From an uncultured Rhodobacteraceae bacterium (lineage in GTDB: Bacteria; Pseudomonadota; Alphaproteobacteria; Rhodobacterales; Rhodobacteraceae), in NCBI GenBank assembly GCA_947500135.1, contig CANMQX010000004.1, positions 411,442 through 475,441 of the forward strand: a DNA stretch of 64,000 bases, read 5' to 3'. This document shows, one piece after another, positions 29,664 to 39,347 of the stretch (the first letter of the stretch is position 1; each line of letters begins with the position of its first letter). Position numbers and translations under genes: made by a program. The notes under the pieces were generated by a model. The model did not search any database, was not told where the DNA came from, and was given only the letters and a program-made list of their open reading frames with translations.

Positions 29664-31157
29664 CTACCCGTCAGACCCGATCATGAAACAGGTGGTGCCG
29701 CGCGCTTGCAACCGGCGGCAGGCCAGATCAGCCCCTTCGCGGGTCAACCCCATGAAGTTGGCATCAAACCCGCCAGAGCGTTGCACGACACGCCGCAATG
29801 ATCCGTCAAGCGTGCTCATCTCGTTCAATGCGACGCGTAACAGCACGCGTTCGGCATCATAGCGTGAATTGTAGCGGCCGACATTAACCCCCCAATGGCG
29901 TCCGCCAGAGGTTGAGATGCGCGTGACGACCTCAGGCGTGGCTTGCGCTGCAGGGGCAGGGGCAGCGGCGGCCATGACGACCTGATCCGATGCCGCAGCA
30001 GGGCGCGGTTGCGGGGTAACGGTTGGTGTGGCAGCGGCGACAGCGACAGGGGCGCGTGGTTCTTCGACAATATCCACCAAGGCTTCCGCCACTGCGGCAT
30101 TCACCGCGTCAGCTACAACCGAATTGATGATATCGGGGTCAACTGCGGCGACCAACGCCTCTGGCGCGGCCGGTGCCGCTTGTGGCAATGGCCGGGCAAT
30201 TGGGCGCAGGCTGGTGGTGACCAACCCGCTGACACGGATCGTTTTACCCGCATTGCCACGCTGGCCGTTTTGTGGATTCTGTGCGGCGCTCAGCATTGCG
30301 GCTGGTGGATTGGGCTGGCGAATGCGGGCGCGCGATGGTGCCCGGTTAAAGCCCATATCCATCAACTCTGTGATCCGCGCATTCCGCGCAGCCGTCGAAG
30401 AACCGCCAAAAACCGTGGCAATCACACGTTCTTGACCGCGCTGGGCGGATGCAACCAGATTGAAACCAGCCGCACGGGTATAACCCGTCTTGATCCCGTC
30501 ACCGCCCCGATAGCTGTTCAACCAACGGCGGTTGGTGTGGCGCACAGTGGCCACGCCCGCATCGGCGCTGCGCCGCGAAAACAGGTTATAGTATTGTGGA
30601 AAGTCGTAAATCACATGACGACCCAGGATCGACATATCGCGGGCAGTCGACAAATGGCCTGATTGCGTCAACCCATGCGCATTGCGGAATGTCGTGTTGC
30701 GCATCCCCATGGCGGTGGCCGTGCGGTTCATGCGTGTGGCAAAAGCCTCTTCCGACCCGGAAATCGCTTCTCCAATGGCGGTGGCGGCGTCATTGGCGGA
30801 TTTCACGGCGGCGGCGCGCAACAGGAAACGCAGCCTGATCTGCTGGCCGCTACGTAGCCCCAGTTTGGATGGCGGCTCACTCGCGGCGTTGCGCGATATG
30901 GTTACCGGCGTGTCGAGCGAGATTTCGCCCCGCTCAATCGCCTGAAACGCGATGTAAAGCGTCATCATCTTGGTCAGGGATGCCGGATGCAACCGTGTGT
31001 CGGCATTGCGCGAATGCAGCACCTCACCCGTGCGGGCATCCATCACCATTGCGGCGTAAGGGGCCGCGTCTCCGCGCTGCGGCGCGAAAATCATTGCGAT
31101 CAAAAAAACGAATAGAAAAAGCCCAGATAGGGCCAATTGTCCCGGACGACTTGCCAC
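29664..31157 (-). CDS. D-alanyl-D-alanine carboxypeptidase (S11) with C-terminal SPOR-like domain
   Basis: SxxK (ASLTK), SAN and KTG motifs, Pro/Ala-rich linker. Confidence 0.9.
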   Translation of the reverse strand: MASRPGQLALSGLFLFVFLIAMIFAPQRGDAAPYAAMVMDARTGEVLHSRNADTRLHPASLTKMMTLYIAFQAIERGEISLDTPVTISRNAASEPPSKLGLRSGQQIRLRFLLRAAAVKSANDAATAIGEAISGSEEAFATRMNRTATAMGMRNTTFRNAHGLTQSGHLSTARDMSILGRHVIYDFPQYYNLFSRRSADAGVATVRHTNRRWLNSYRGGDGIKTGYTRAAGFNLVASAQRGQERVIATVFGGSSTAARNARITELMDMGFNRAPSRARIRQPNPPAAMLSAAQNPQNGQRGNAGKTIRVSGLVTTSLRPIARPLPQAAPAAPEALVAAVDPDIINSVVADAVNAAVAEALVDIVEEPRAPVAVAAATPTVTPQPRPAAASDQVVMAAAAPAPAAQATPEVVTRISTSGGRHWGVNVGRYNSRYDAERVLLRVALNEMSTLDGSLRRVVQRSGGFDANFMGLTREGADLACRRLQARGTTCFMIGSDG

Positions 31158-31421
31158 GTCGCTTGCCTCTTTTTTTCTGCCTCTGACCCCGGATTTTTCC
31201 GGTGATCTTATTGTTATGAGACAACGCTAGCATAGGTTCGATTTTCATAAAATACCCTAAATTCAAAGACTTTTCAGCCGTTGATCATGTCATCTTTGCA
31301 AGATGTAGTGGCTGGTTTTCGGCGTTCCGCTAGATGAACCAAAATCCGGCATCTCAGGCGCGATTCTGCCGCTGCATTCTGGGTCTTTTCACGGCGGACA
31401 TGTGCCTTATATATAACGCCT

Positions 31422-31781
31422 ATGAAATGGGACCGATTGATGCTGGCAAAGCTGACAATGATGGCTGACAAAAAGGACGATGATGACGGTGACGTCGGCG
31501 TCGTGCTTGAAACGAAGCCAAAGACAAAGCGCCCACCACTTTATAAGGTGCTGATTTTGAACGATGATTTTACGCCGATGGAATTTGTCGTTCACGTCTT
31601 GGAACGGTTTTTTGGCCTTTCCCACGCCCAGGCGTTTGAACTGATGTTGACCGTTCACAAGAAAGGCGTTGCCGTGGTCGGGGTCTTCAGCCACGAAATC
31701 GCCGAAACAAAAGTGGCGCAGGTCATGGACTTTGCACAGCGCCATCAGCACCCGCTGCAATGCACGATGGAGAAAGAATAA
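31422..31781 (+). CDS. clpS: ATP-dependent Clp protease adaptor ClpS
   Basis: [20 protein letters not shown] and [10 protein letters not shown]. Confidence 0.96.
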   Translation: MKWDRLMLAKLTMMADKKDDDDGDVGVVLETKPKTKRPPLYKVLILNDDFTPMEFVVHVLERFFGLSHAQAFELMLTVHKKGVAVVGVFSHEIAETKVAQVMDFAQRHQHPLQCTMEKE

Positions 31782-31803
31782 CGCGCCGCCGTTATTCCCC
31801 ATC

Positions 31804-32775
31804 ATGTCCACATCCCGATTATCCACGGCCCTTGATGATGGCCTGATCACGTTGCAAGGCGGCAACATCGCCGTCATGCGACCCACGGCCAGTTACGATT
31901 TGTCGCCCTTGCCACGCGAGGCTGTGCATGTCGTGCATGGGTCCTTTCCTGACTACAGCGCATTCGCCCAGGCAGGCTACGCCGTGTCGCAGGATATGCC
32001 CGCCTGCCGCACCGCCATTGTCGTTGTGCCCCGATCAAAAACACTGGCGCGGGAAATGGTTGCGGCGGCCTGTGCGGTGGCCGAGCTTGTGATCGTTGAT
32101 GGGCAAAAGACCGATGGGGTGGATAGCCTTTACAAAGGCTGTCGCAAGGCATTGGGTGATCTGCCATCGCTCACGAAAGGGCATGGGCGCATCTTTTGGT
32201 TTCCGGCTAGTGATGTGTTTGCTGACTGGAAGGCTGTGCAACCGGTGCAGGGCGATCATGGGTTCTATACCCAGGCAGGTGTCTATGCCGACGGCAAGAT
32301 CGACAAAGGCTCTGCGCTTTTGGCCGATGCGTTGCCCACGAAACTACCGGCGCGCATGGCCGATCTGGGTGCGGGCTGGGGTTACCTTTCAGCGGCGGTT
32401 CTGTCGCGGGATGGCGTGACATCGCTTGACCTGATCGAGGCCGAAGCGCTGTCATTGGAGTGCGCCCGGCTGAACGTGACCGACACGCGGGCGCATTTTC
32501 ATTGGGCCGATGCGCTCCAGTTCAAACCAGACACGGGTTATGACGGGATCGTCATGAACCCACCTTTTCACGCCAACCGCGCCGCTGATCCGGGGCTGGG
32601 CCGCAGCTTTATTCAGGCAGCCGCACGCCTGTTGGGCAGCCACGGCAAACTGTGGATGGTCGCCAACCGGCACTTGCCTTATGAAACAACATTGTCCGAG
32701 TGTTTCCGCAATGTGGACATGATTGCCGGTAACGGTGCGTTCAAAGTGATCCACGCCAATCGGCCCAATCGCTAG
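31804..32775 (+). CDS. rsmC: RsmC-like 16S rRNA methyltransferase (MTS family)
   Basis: DLGAGWG SAM motif, MNPPFH, LWMVANRHLPYE. Confidence 0.8.
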   Translation: MSTSRLSTALDDGLITLQGGNIAVMRPTASYDLSPLPREAVHVVHGSFPDYSAFAQAGYAVSQDMPACRTAIVVVPRSKTLAREMVAAACAVAELVIVDGQKTDGVDSLYKGCRKALGDLPSLTKGHGRIFWFPASDVFADWKAVQPVQGDHGFYTQAGVYADGKIDKGSALLADALPTKLPARMADLGAGWGYLSAAVLSRDGVTSLDLIEAEALSLECARLNVTDTRAHFHWADALQFKPDTGYDGIVMNPPFHANRAADPGLGRSFIQAAARLLGSHGKLWMVANRHLPYETTLSECFRNVDMIAGNGAFKVIHANRPNR

Positions 32776-32798
32776 ATACCGGGCCAGGGAGAACGTCG

Positions 32799-33605
32799 AT
32801 GTCATTTTCAATTACAGGCAAAACCACCATCGTGACCGGGGCGGCCAATGGGGTCGGCCTCGCCATTGGGCGGCATTTCGTCAAGATGGGTGCAAATGTG
32901 GTTTTTGCCGATATGGACGAAAAGACGTTGTGCCACGAAATGGGCGATGCGGCGAAGATGGAAGAAAATGTGCGCATTTTCTCGGGCGATCTGCGCAAGA
33001 AACTGACGATTGCCAACCTGCTTTCGACAACTGTGGATGCGTTTGAACGGATCGATATCCTTGTCAACGCAACCCGGCAGGTGATGACAACCGATCCGCT
33101 TGACCCCGATGACAACTCTGTCGAAGAACTGTTGCAGCAAAACACGCTGACCGCCCTGCGGATGAGCCAGGCGGTCGCCCGGCGAATGATCAAGCAAGTT
33201 GATGGCGATGGCGAAAACAGCCCGAATGGATCGATTGTCAATATCAGTTCCATCTCTGCCCGCCGGACCCATCCTGATCTGCTGGGCTATTCGGTCAGCA
33301 ATGCCGCCTTGGATCAGATGACCCGATCACTCGCCGTTGCCTTGGCCCCGAACCGGATCAGGGTCAATGCTGTCGCCTTTGGCAGCGTGATGAGCGCGAG
33401 CCTGAAAGGATCGTTGAAAGAACAGGAAGGCACGCGCGAGACCATCGTCGAAAACACCCCGCTGCAACGGATTGCCAGCCCGGGCGAAGTGTCGGACGCG
33501 GTGCAATATCTGGCCTCGGATGCAGCCGGGTTTGTGACGGGGCAGATCATCACCGTTGACGGTGGCCGGACCTTGATCGATCCGGCGGATGTCTCTGCCC
33601 ACTAG
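32799..33605 (+). CDS. Short-chain dehydrogenase/reductase
   Basis: TGAANGVG, IRVNAVAFG and GQIITVDGG. The catalytic motif reads YSVSN. Confidence 0.88.
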   Translation: MSFSITGKTTIVTGAANGVGLAIGRHFVKMGANVVFADMDEKTLCHEMGDAAKMEENVRIFSGDLRKKLTIANLLSTTVDAFERIDILVNATRQVMTTDPLDPDDNSVEELLQQNTLTALRMSQAVARRMIKQVDGDGENSPNGSIVNISSISARRTHPDLLGYSVSNAALDQMTRSLAVALAPNRIRVNAVAFGSVMSASLKGSLKEQEGTRETIVENTPLQRIASPGEVSDAVQYLASDAAGFVTGQIITVDGGRTLIDPADVSAH

Positions 33606-33611
33606 GCAATG

Positions 33612-33998
33612 CTACTCCGGGTTTGACCGGATGCATTGCAACACCGCCTGATCGGATGCGGCCTTGGCCTGCGCCTGCCGTTCCAGCAGCGATTCCAGCT
33701 TTGCCTGTTCCGCATTCAAATCAATCGCCACCGGACGGGTTGTGGTGAATGTTTCTGTCTCGTCACAGGGAAAACGAAATGTCGATCCGTCCTCGTTCTT
33801 GCCCCGACATGTGCGGCGCAATGTGCGGACTTCCTTGTTTTCCTCAATTGCATAGCCGCGCGACAGATTGCCCTGCGTCTCGGCGATCAGACTGTTCAGG
33901 ATTCGCAGGTCGCGGGTGACGTCACCAATACATTGTTCGCGTGGGGTGGCGCAGGCGGCAAGGGCTGCAAGAGGCAGGATAAAGAGGGCGGGGCGCAT
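33612..33998 (-). CDS. Hypothetical lipoprotein
   Basis: Lipobox LAALAAC after a short signal peptide, Cys-containing C-terminal region. Confidence 0.7.
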   Translation of the reverse strand: MRPALFILPLAALAACATPREQCIGDVTRDLRILNSLIAETQGNLSRGYAIEENKEVRTLRRTCRGKNEDGSTFRFPCDETETFTTTRPVAIDLNAEQAKLESLLERQAQAKAASDQAVLQCIRSNPE

Positions 33999-34029
33999 TG
34001 GTCTCTCCGGATTATGTGATCGCAAGGGA

Positions 34030-34043
34030 TTGATCTGGATCAT
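34030..34043. promoter_or_regulatory. FNR-like box between the lipoprotein gene and hemF
   Basis: TTGAT-CTGG-ATCAT, 9/10 match. Confidence 0.45.
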
Positions 34044-34115
34044 CGTATCATCATTGCTATGCTGCAAAGAAACTAACATAGAATGCTATTCAATATCAGG
34101 GTGTAAGGGGCAGGT

Positions 34116-34994
34116 ATGTCAGACGGGTTTGAGGCTGAAAAGGCCAAGGCATCGGCGTGGTTCCGGACCTTGCGGGATGAGATCGTGGCAGCCTTTGAAG
34201 GGTTGGAAGATAGCGACCAAAACCAAGGCCCCGCTGGCCGGTTTGAGGTAACGGAAACCACACGGAATGCCGATGACGGGTCTGATGCAGGCGGCGGTCT
34301 GATGTCCGTCATGCGCGGTGGCCGGGTGTTTGAAAAGGTTGGGGTGAATGTCTCAACCGTTTACGGCCAGTTGGGCGATGCCGCGCAAAAGGCGATGGCC
34401 GCACGCGGCGTGCCCGGCATGGCCGATGACCCGCGGTTCTGGGCCTCTGGCATTTCGCTGGTCGCGCATATGCAAAACCCGCATGCGCCCGCGGTGCATA
34501 TGAACACCCGCATGTTCTGGACACCGCATGCATGGTGGTTTGGCGGCGGGTCTGACTTGAACCCATGTATCGAATATGATGAGGACACGGCCCATTTTCA
34601 CGCCACCCAAAAGGCGCATCTGGACCCGCACGGAACCGATCACTACCCCAAGCTGAAGGCTTGGGCCGATGAATATTTCTACATCCCGCATCGCAATCGG
34701 GCGCGGGGTGTGGGTGGCATTTTCATGGATGATTATTGCACGGGTGATTGGGCGGCGGATTTTGCCCTGACACAGGATATCGGCCGCGCCTTCCTGCCCG
34801 CCTATGTCCCATTGGTGGAAAAACGCCGCGACACCGAATGGACCGATGCAGACAAGGACACGCAGCTTGTGCATCGCGGGCTTTATGCCGAATACAACCT
34901 TGTCTATGACCGGGGCACAAAATTCGGCCTGACCACGGGGCATGATGCCAACGCGGTGCTGATGAGCCTGCCACCGCTGGCCAAATGGGTTTGA
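34116..34994 (+). CDS. hemF: Oxygen-dependent coproporphyrinogen III oxidase
   Basis: VFEKVGVN, HMNTR, WWFGGGSDL, RGVGGIF, YAEYNLVYDRGTKFGL. Confidence 0.96.
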   Translation: MSDGFEAEKAKASAWFRTLRDEIVAAFEGLEDSDQNQGPAGRFEVTETTRNADDGSDAGGGLMSVMRGGRVFEKVGVNVSTVYGQLGDAAQKAMAARGVPGMADDPRFWASGISLVAHMQNPHAPAVHMNTRMFWTPHAWWFGGGSDLNPCIEYDEDTAHFHATQKAHLDPHGTDHYPKLKAWADEYFYIPHRNRARGVGGIFMDDYCTGDWAADFALTQDIGRAFLPAYVPLVEKRRDTEWTDADKDTQLVHRGLYAEYNLVYDRGTKFGLTTGHDANAVLMSLPPLAKWV

Positions 34995-35134
34995 TGCGAA
35001 CCGACGAAAGGCTTGTCACCGATTGAGAGCTTACCCATCGCACGCTGAGGGCAGACCCTGACCCTGGGTGGGGGCTGCCCGGTCTATCGACCGGGTGGAC
35101 CGTGGCCGTGGTGACTTTGGAATGTTAACAGATA

Positions 35135-35539
35135 TTAGTTATCTGTTCTTAGGAACTTTGCACCACCTACCTGACGTGCGGGTGCTTGATCAGGATTGGG
35201 CGGTGCCACCACAACACGTTCAAACGCTTCTTTGCGCTGTACCGGCCCTGCCGCCAGATCGCGTAGCAGCATCCCTGCCAATTGCGGAGAAATCTCACCG
35301 TTGGAGGCGCGGCTGAGCATCCTTGCAGCACGATCCGGCGCAAAATGCACCAATGCGCGGGCCATGCGCATCTGCGGCAGACCAACAGGCCGTTCCTGCC
35401 CGATACCCGCACCTAGGGCTGCGCGTTCCTGCGGGGTGGCCGGGATAAAGACCAGCCAGGCGATGAGGGCGACCAACAGGCCGGTCATCCCAGCCCGAAA
35501 GCCGTGGTAAGCAATGCGTAGTGTCAGTGGCAAGCGCAT
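35135..35539 (-). CDS. Hypothetical membrane-anchored protein
   Basis: Fills the hemF-hemE gap and has one N-terminal TM segment. Start codon uncertain. Confidence 0.55.
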   Translation of the reverse strand: MRLPLTLRIAYHGFRAGMTGLLVALIAWLVFIPATPQERAALGAGIGQERPVGLPQMRMARALVHFAPDRAARMLSRASNGEISPQLAGMLLRDLAAGPVQRKEAFERVVVAPPNPDQAPARQVGGAKFLRTDN

Positions 35540-35607
35540 GCGTGCGGCTCCGTTCTCATGGCGCAAGCCAACCACGGCAATGTGGAAATCTTATGGCATC
35601 GCCTGCG

Positions 35608-36639
35608 TCAGCTGCGGACGGTATCGATCATCAGTTGCACGTTTTCGGGGTCAGCATCCGGCGTAATCCCATGGCCGAGATTGAAGATATGCGGCCCCTT
35701 GGCGAAACTTTCGCGAATACGCAGGGTTTCATCGACCAAAGCCTGACCGCCCGTGACCATATGCGACGAGGCCAGATTGCCCTGCACGCAGCCATCGACC
35801 TGCACATGTTCGGCGGCCCAAGCCGCATCAACCCCATCATCAAGCGCGACACAGTCAGCGCCGGTCGCCTGATGCACGCCCGCAAATTTGTGATCCGCAC
35901 CACGCGGGAAGACGATAACCGGCGTGCCGGGATGCCTGTCTTTGATCGCCTTGGTGATGCGCTGCATCGGGTGGATCGAAAACTCGGTGAAATCATCGCC
36001 CTCCAACGATCCCGCCCAACTATCAAAGATTTTGACAACCTCGGCCCCGGCCTGAATCTGCATGGACAGGTATTCAATTGTGGCCTCGGTGATGCGGTGA
36101 ATAATCCCTTCAAAAACGGGCCGGTTTTCGGCCTTCAGTAAGTGGGCAGGCCCCTGATCAGCGGTGCCCTGACCAGCGATCATATAGGTCGCCACGGTCC
36201 ATGGCGCGCCAGCAAAGCCGATCAGCGTGGTCTCCTCTGGCAATTCACGCGACAGGATTTGCACCGTTTCATAGATCGGGCGCAAGGTATCGTGGATATC
36301 GTCCACAGGCTTCAGCCTATCAAAATCATCCGCTGTGGTGATGGTGGACAGGCGCGGCCCCTCGCCAGTCACAAACCACAAATCCGCACCAAGCGCTTGT
36401 GGGATCAACAGAATATCGGCGAAAAGGATTGCGGCATCAAAGCCATAACGCCGGATCGGTTGCAGCGTGACCTCAGCCGCCAGATCGGGGTTATAGCAAA
36501 GCGACAGGAAATCCCCGGCTTGCGCCCGCGTGGCCTTATATTCCGGCAGATACCGCCCGGCCTGACGCATCATCCAGATCGGCGGGGTGGGCAATGTCTC
36601 GCCACGAAGGGCGCGAAGGATCGTCTTGTTCTGCGTCAT
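35608..36639 (-). CDS. hemE: Uroporphyrinogen decarboxylase
   Basis: [30 protein letters not shown]. Confidence 0.97.
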   Translation of the reverse strand: MTQNKTILRALRGETLPTPPIWMMRQAGRYLPEYKATRAQAGDFLSLCYNPDLAAEVTLQPIRRYGFDAAILFADILLIPQALGADLWFVTGEGPRLSTITTADDFDRLKPVDDIHDTLRPIYETVQILSRELPEETTLIGFAGAPWTVATYMIAGQGTADQGPAHLLKAENRPVFEGIIHRITEATIEYLSMQIQAGAEVVKIFDSWAGSLEGDDFTEFSIHPMQRITKAIKDRHPGTPVIVFPRGADHKFAGVHQATGADCVALDDGVDAAWAAEHVQVDGCVQGNLASSHMVTGGQALVDETLRIRESFAKGPHIFNLGHGITPDADPENVQLMIDTVRS

Positions 36640-36720
36640 GGCCTGTCCTTTTTTCCTATCCCTAGGTCCCAATTGCGCTTGGTGTTGTCAAGCTAGGTTG
36701 ACAGGTCTAACACTTGCGTC

Positions 36721-37659
36721 ATGACAATGACCAAACCGACCCCCGCGGCACCTTTCAACATCGGTACACGCGGTTCCCCGCTCGCACTCGCACAAGCGCA
36801 CGAGACACGTGATCGTTTGATGGCGGCCCATGATCTGCCGCAGGATGCGTTCCGCATTTGCGTGATCAAGGTGACGGGTGATCAGATCCTCGACAAGCCC
36901 CTGCGCGAGATTGACGGCAAGGGCTTGTTCACCCGCGAAATCGAAGAGGCGCTGTTGGCCGGGTCGATTGATATTGCCGTGCATTCCACCAAGGATATGC
37001 CGGTTGAACAGCCTGCCGGGCTGATCATGGATACCTATTTGCCGCGCGAGGATGTGCGCGATGCGTTTGTGTCGTTGAACCATAAAAGCTTGGCAGATTT
37101 GCCCGATGGGGCGGTGGTCGGCACGTCATCCACACGGCGGCGGGCGCAGTTAGCTGCGGGTTTTCCCAAGCTGAAAGTGGTTGAATTTCGGGGCAATGTG
37201 CAGACCCGGCTGAAAAAGCTAGGTGACGGTGTGGCGGATGCCACGTTTCTTGCGACCGCCGGGTTGCGGCGTCTGGGGATGGATGATGTGCCTTACCACC
37301 CTATCGACCCTGACGATATGTTACCTGCCATTGCGCAGGGGGCGATTGGCATTGAACGGCGCGAGGATGATAGCCGGGCGGCGGACTTTTTGGCGGCGAT
37401 CCATGATGCTCCGACGGGGCAACGCTTGGCCGCAGAACGGACGCTACTGGCAGGGCTCGATGGATCCTGTGAGACGCCCATTGGCGGGCTGGCAGAGATT
37501 GTGGACGGTGGCTTGCGCCTGCGCGGCGAAATCCTGCGGCAGGATGGCAGTGAGGTTCTGACAGACGATATGCGCGGGCCTATCGCAGATGGGCCTGACA
37601 TGGGGCGGGAAATGGCAGCGCGGCTGCTTGCGCAGGCCGGTGCGGGTTTCTTCGGCTAA
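36721..37659 (+). CDS. hemC: Hydroxymethylbilane synthase (porphobilinogen deaminase)
   Basis: GTRGSPLALAQ, AVHSTKD, RGNVQTRL, LDGSCETP. Confidence 0.97.
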   Translation: MTMTKPTPAAPFNIGTRGSPLALAQAHETRDRLMAAHDLPQDAFRICVIKVTGDQILDKPLREIDGKGLFTREIEEALLAGSIDIAVHSTKDMPVEQPAGLIMDTYLPREDVRDAFVSLNHKSLADLPDGAVVGTSSTRRRAQLAAGFPKLKVVEFRGNVQTRLKKLGDGVADATFLATAGLRRLGMDDVPYHPIDPDDMLPAIAQGAIGIERREDDSRAADFLAAIHDAPTGQRLAAERTLLAGLDGSCETPIGGLAEIVDGGLRLRGEILRQDGSEVLTDDMRGPIADGPDMGREMAARLLAQAGAGFFG

Positions 37660-39068
37660 GGCGCAGGAATCACCTTTCCGGGATTGAGGATTCCCTTGGG
37701 GTCGAGCGCGGCCTTGATCGCCCGCATCGCATCAAGCGCAACAGGATCCTTGCGGCGTCGCATTGTTTCCAACTTGGACACGCCAATCCCGTGTTCGGCG
37801 CTGAACGACCCACCCAATTCCTGCACGACATCTTCGACCGCTTCGACCATGGCGTCCATCACCGCGGGATCGTTCCGGCTGACATAGCTGGTGTGATGGA
37901 TATTCCCGTCACCCAGATGTGCGACGATCACCTCGGTCGCATCGGGGTCAATTGCTTTCAGGCGCGGGGTCAGCATCGTCTCAAAATCCGCAATTCGGTC
38001 CAGCGGCAGGGCGACATCGGTATTCACATAGGTCCCGCCGAAAAACGCGACATGGCCGGCATCCTCGCGGCGCTTCCACATCGCGCTGCGCTGCGCCTCA
38101 TTCTGGGCGATGACGGCATCCAGAAGGCGGCCTTCTTCCAGATATGTGGCCAGTGTCGCCTCCAGATGGTCAACGACCGGGGTTTTGCCACTGTCATCTG
38201 GAACAGCGTCACGGTTCATCACCGCAGCCACTTCGATCAGGATGTTGACGTCGTGGGGTTCCTCAAACGGTGCGCGGGCATCAGGGAAAAGGCGCAGATG
38301 CGTGTCGATATAGCTGCGCGGCATGTATTCAAATGCCTCAACCCCGCCGCCGGTTTCATCCTGCAATCTGTGCAGCAAATCCAGCGCATCACCCAGGCTG
38401 GGCACGGCAACCATGGCCGTGGCATAGGCCTGCGGTTTGGGGCGTAGTTTCAGCACAGCAGCGGTGATGATCCCCAGCGTGCCTTCGGCCCCGATCATCA
38501 GATTGCGCAGATCAAGCCCCGAATTGTCCTTATGCAAGGCCGACATCAGGTTCATGATCCGACCATCGGCCAGCACGATCTCCAATCCCAGACACAGGCC
38601 CCGTGTGCTGCCGTAGCGGACAACGTTGGACCCGCCCGCATTGGTGGATAACAGCCCGCCGATCATCGCTGATCCGCGTGCGCCAAGGGTGAGGGGGAAG
38701 ATCAGATTATGCGCCTCTGCTGCGTCATGAAGGTTGGACAGGATGACACCGGCACCAACGGTGGCGGTGCGGCCTGCGACGTTGATCTCACTGATGGTAT
38801 TGAGGCGATCCACCGACAACATCAAGGCGTCTTCAGCCAACGTGGCCCCGGTCAGGCCGGTTTGCCCGGAGACTGGCACCACAGCTGTGCCGGTTGCATT
38901 GGCAATCTTCAGGATTTCGGCCACCTCTCGCGCCGTTCCGGGGCGCAACACGGCGCGTGGGGTGCAGGAATAGGCCCCGGTCCAATCCGTGCCATAGGGG
39001 TCTGCGGCCGCGCCGGTCAGGACCCGGTCTTGTCCGATAGCAGCTGCGATTTTCTCCAGTTCAGACAT
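37656..39068 (-). CDS. FAD-binding oxidoreductase (D-2-hydroxyacid dehydrogenase/GlcD-like)
   Basis: GGLLSTNAGG, GAEGTLGIIT, HLGDGNIH, SAEHGIG, LNPGK. Confidence 0.88.
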   Translation of the reverse strand: MSELEKIAAAIGQDRVLTGAAADPYGTDWTGAYSCTPRAVLRPGTAREVAEILKIANATGTAVVPVSGQTGLTGATLAEDALMLSVDRLNTISEINVAGRTATVGAGVILSNLHDAAEAHNLIFPLTLGARGSAMIGGLLSTNAGGSNVVRYGSTRGLCLGLEIVLADGRIMNLMSALHKDNSGLDLRNLMIGAEGTLGIITAAVLKLRPKPQAYATAMVAVPSLGDALDLLHRLQDETGGGVEAFEYMPRSYIDTHLRLFPDARAPFEEPHDVNILIEVAAVMNRDAVPDDSGKTPVVDHLEATLATYLEEGRLLDAVIAQNEAQRSAMWKRREDAGHVAFFGGTYVNTDVALPLDRIADFETMLTPRLKAIDPDATEVIVAHLGDGNIHHTSYVSRNDPAVMDAMVEAVEDVVQELGGSFSAEHGIGVSKLETMRRRKDPVALDAMRAIKAALDPKGILNPGKVIPAP

Positions 39069-39155
39069 GACCCCTCCGGTTTTTGCGCGTTGTGGTCAAG
39101 CTAGCAGAATGCGACCTTGGCGAAAGGTTTCTTTCAACGGCTGTCAGGGTGAGAA

Positions 39156-39232
39156 TGGTGGCGCGGGGGAGACTTGAACTCCCGACCTCGCGATTATGAG
39201 TCGCGCGCTCTAACCAGCTGAGCTACCGCGCC
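39156..39232 (-). tRNA. tRNA with CAT anticodon, probably elongator tRNA-Met (Ile2 not excluded)
   Basis: 77-nt cloverleaf GGCGCGG...CCGCGCCACCA, loop CTCATAA, GTTCAAG T-loop, encoded CCA. The G4-C69 pair argues against Ile2. Confidence 0.93.
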
Positions 39233-39245
39233 GCACCACGCACGC

Positions 39246-39274
39246 CGATTACGCAAAGGGGCGAACGCTGTCAA
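39246..39274 (-). promoter_or_regulatory. Sigma70 promoter of the tRNA
   Basis: TTGACA-17 bp-TAATCG on the minus strand just upstream of the tRNA. Confidence 0.7.
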
Positions 39275-39307
39275 ACCGATTCTGCGCTGATCGCGGCGTT
39301 CCAACCA

Positions 39308-39335
39308 CGTAAGATGGGTTTAAACCCATCTTACG
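39308..39335. repeat. Perfect 28-bp palindrome, REP-like, copy 1
   Basis: CGTAAGATGGGTTTAAACCCATCTTACG. A 27-bp identical copy lies at 52748-52774. Confidence 0.85.
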
Positions 39336-39347
39336 GTGCGGCATCTG

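Noticed and set aside
36686-36703. Back-to-back TGTCAA/TTGACA hexamers between hemE and hemC as a regulator site or paired promoters
   Set aside because: They could be -35 elements, but I found no matching -10 at proper spacing before hemC, so I cannot support a call.
39069-39232. tRNA as an island integration site
   Set aside because: No duplicated tRNA 3' end and no integrase in the window. The 3' flank leads directly into an ordinary oxidoreductase gene.
39250-39345. Short ORF after cydB (MPHRKMGLNPSY...) as a possible cydX
   Set aside because: It is hydrophilic, crosses the palindrome and the tRNA promoter, and lacks the MWYF.W TM signature of CydX.
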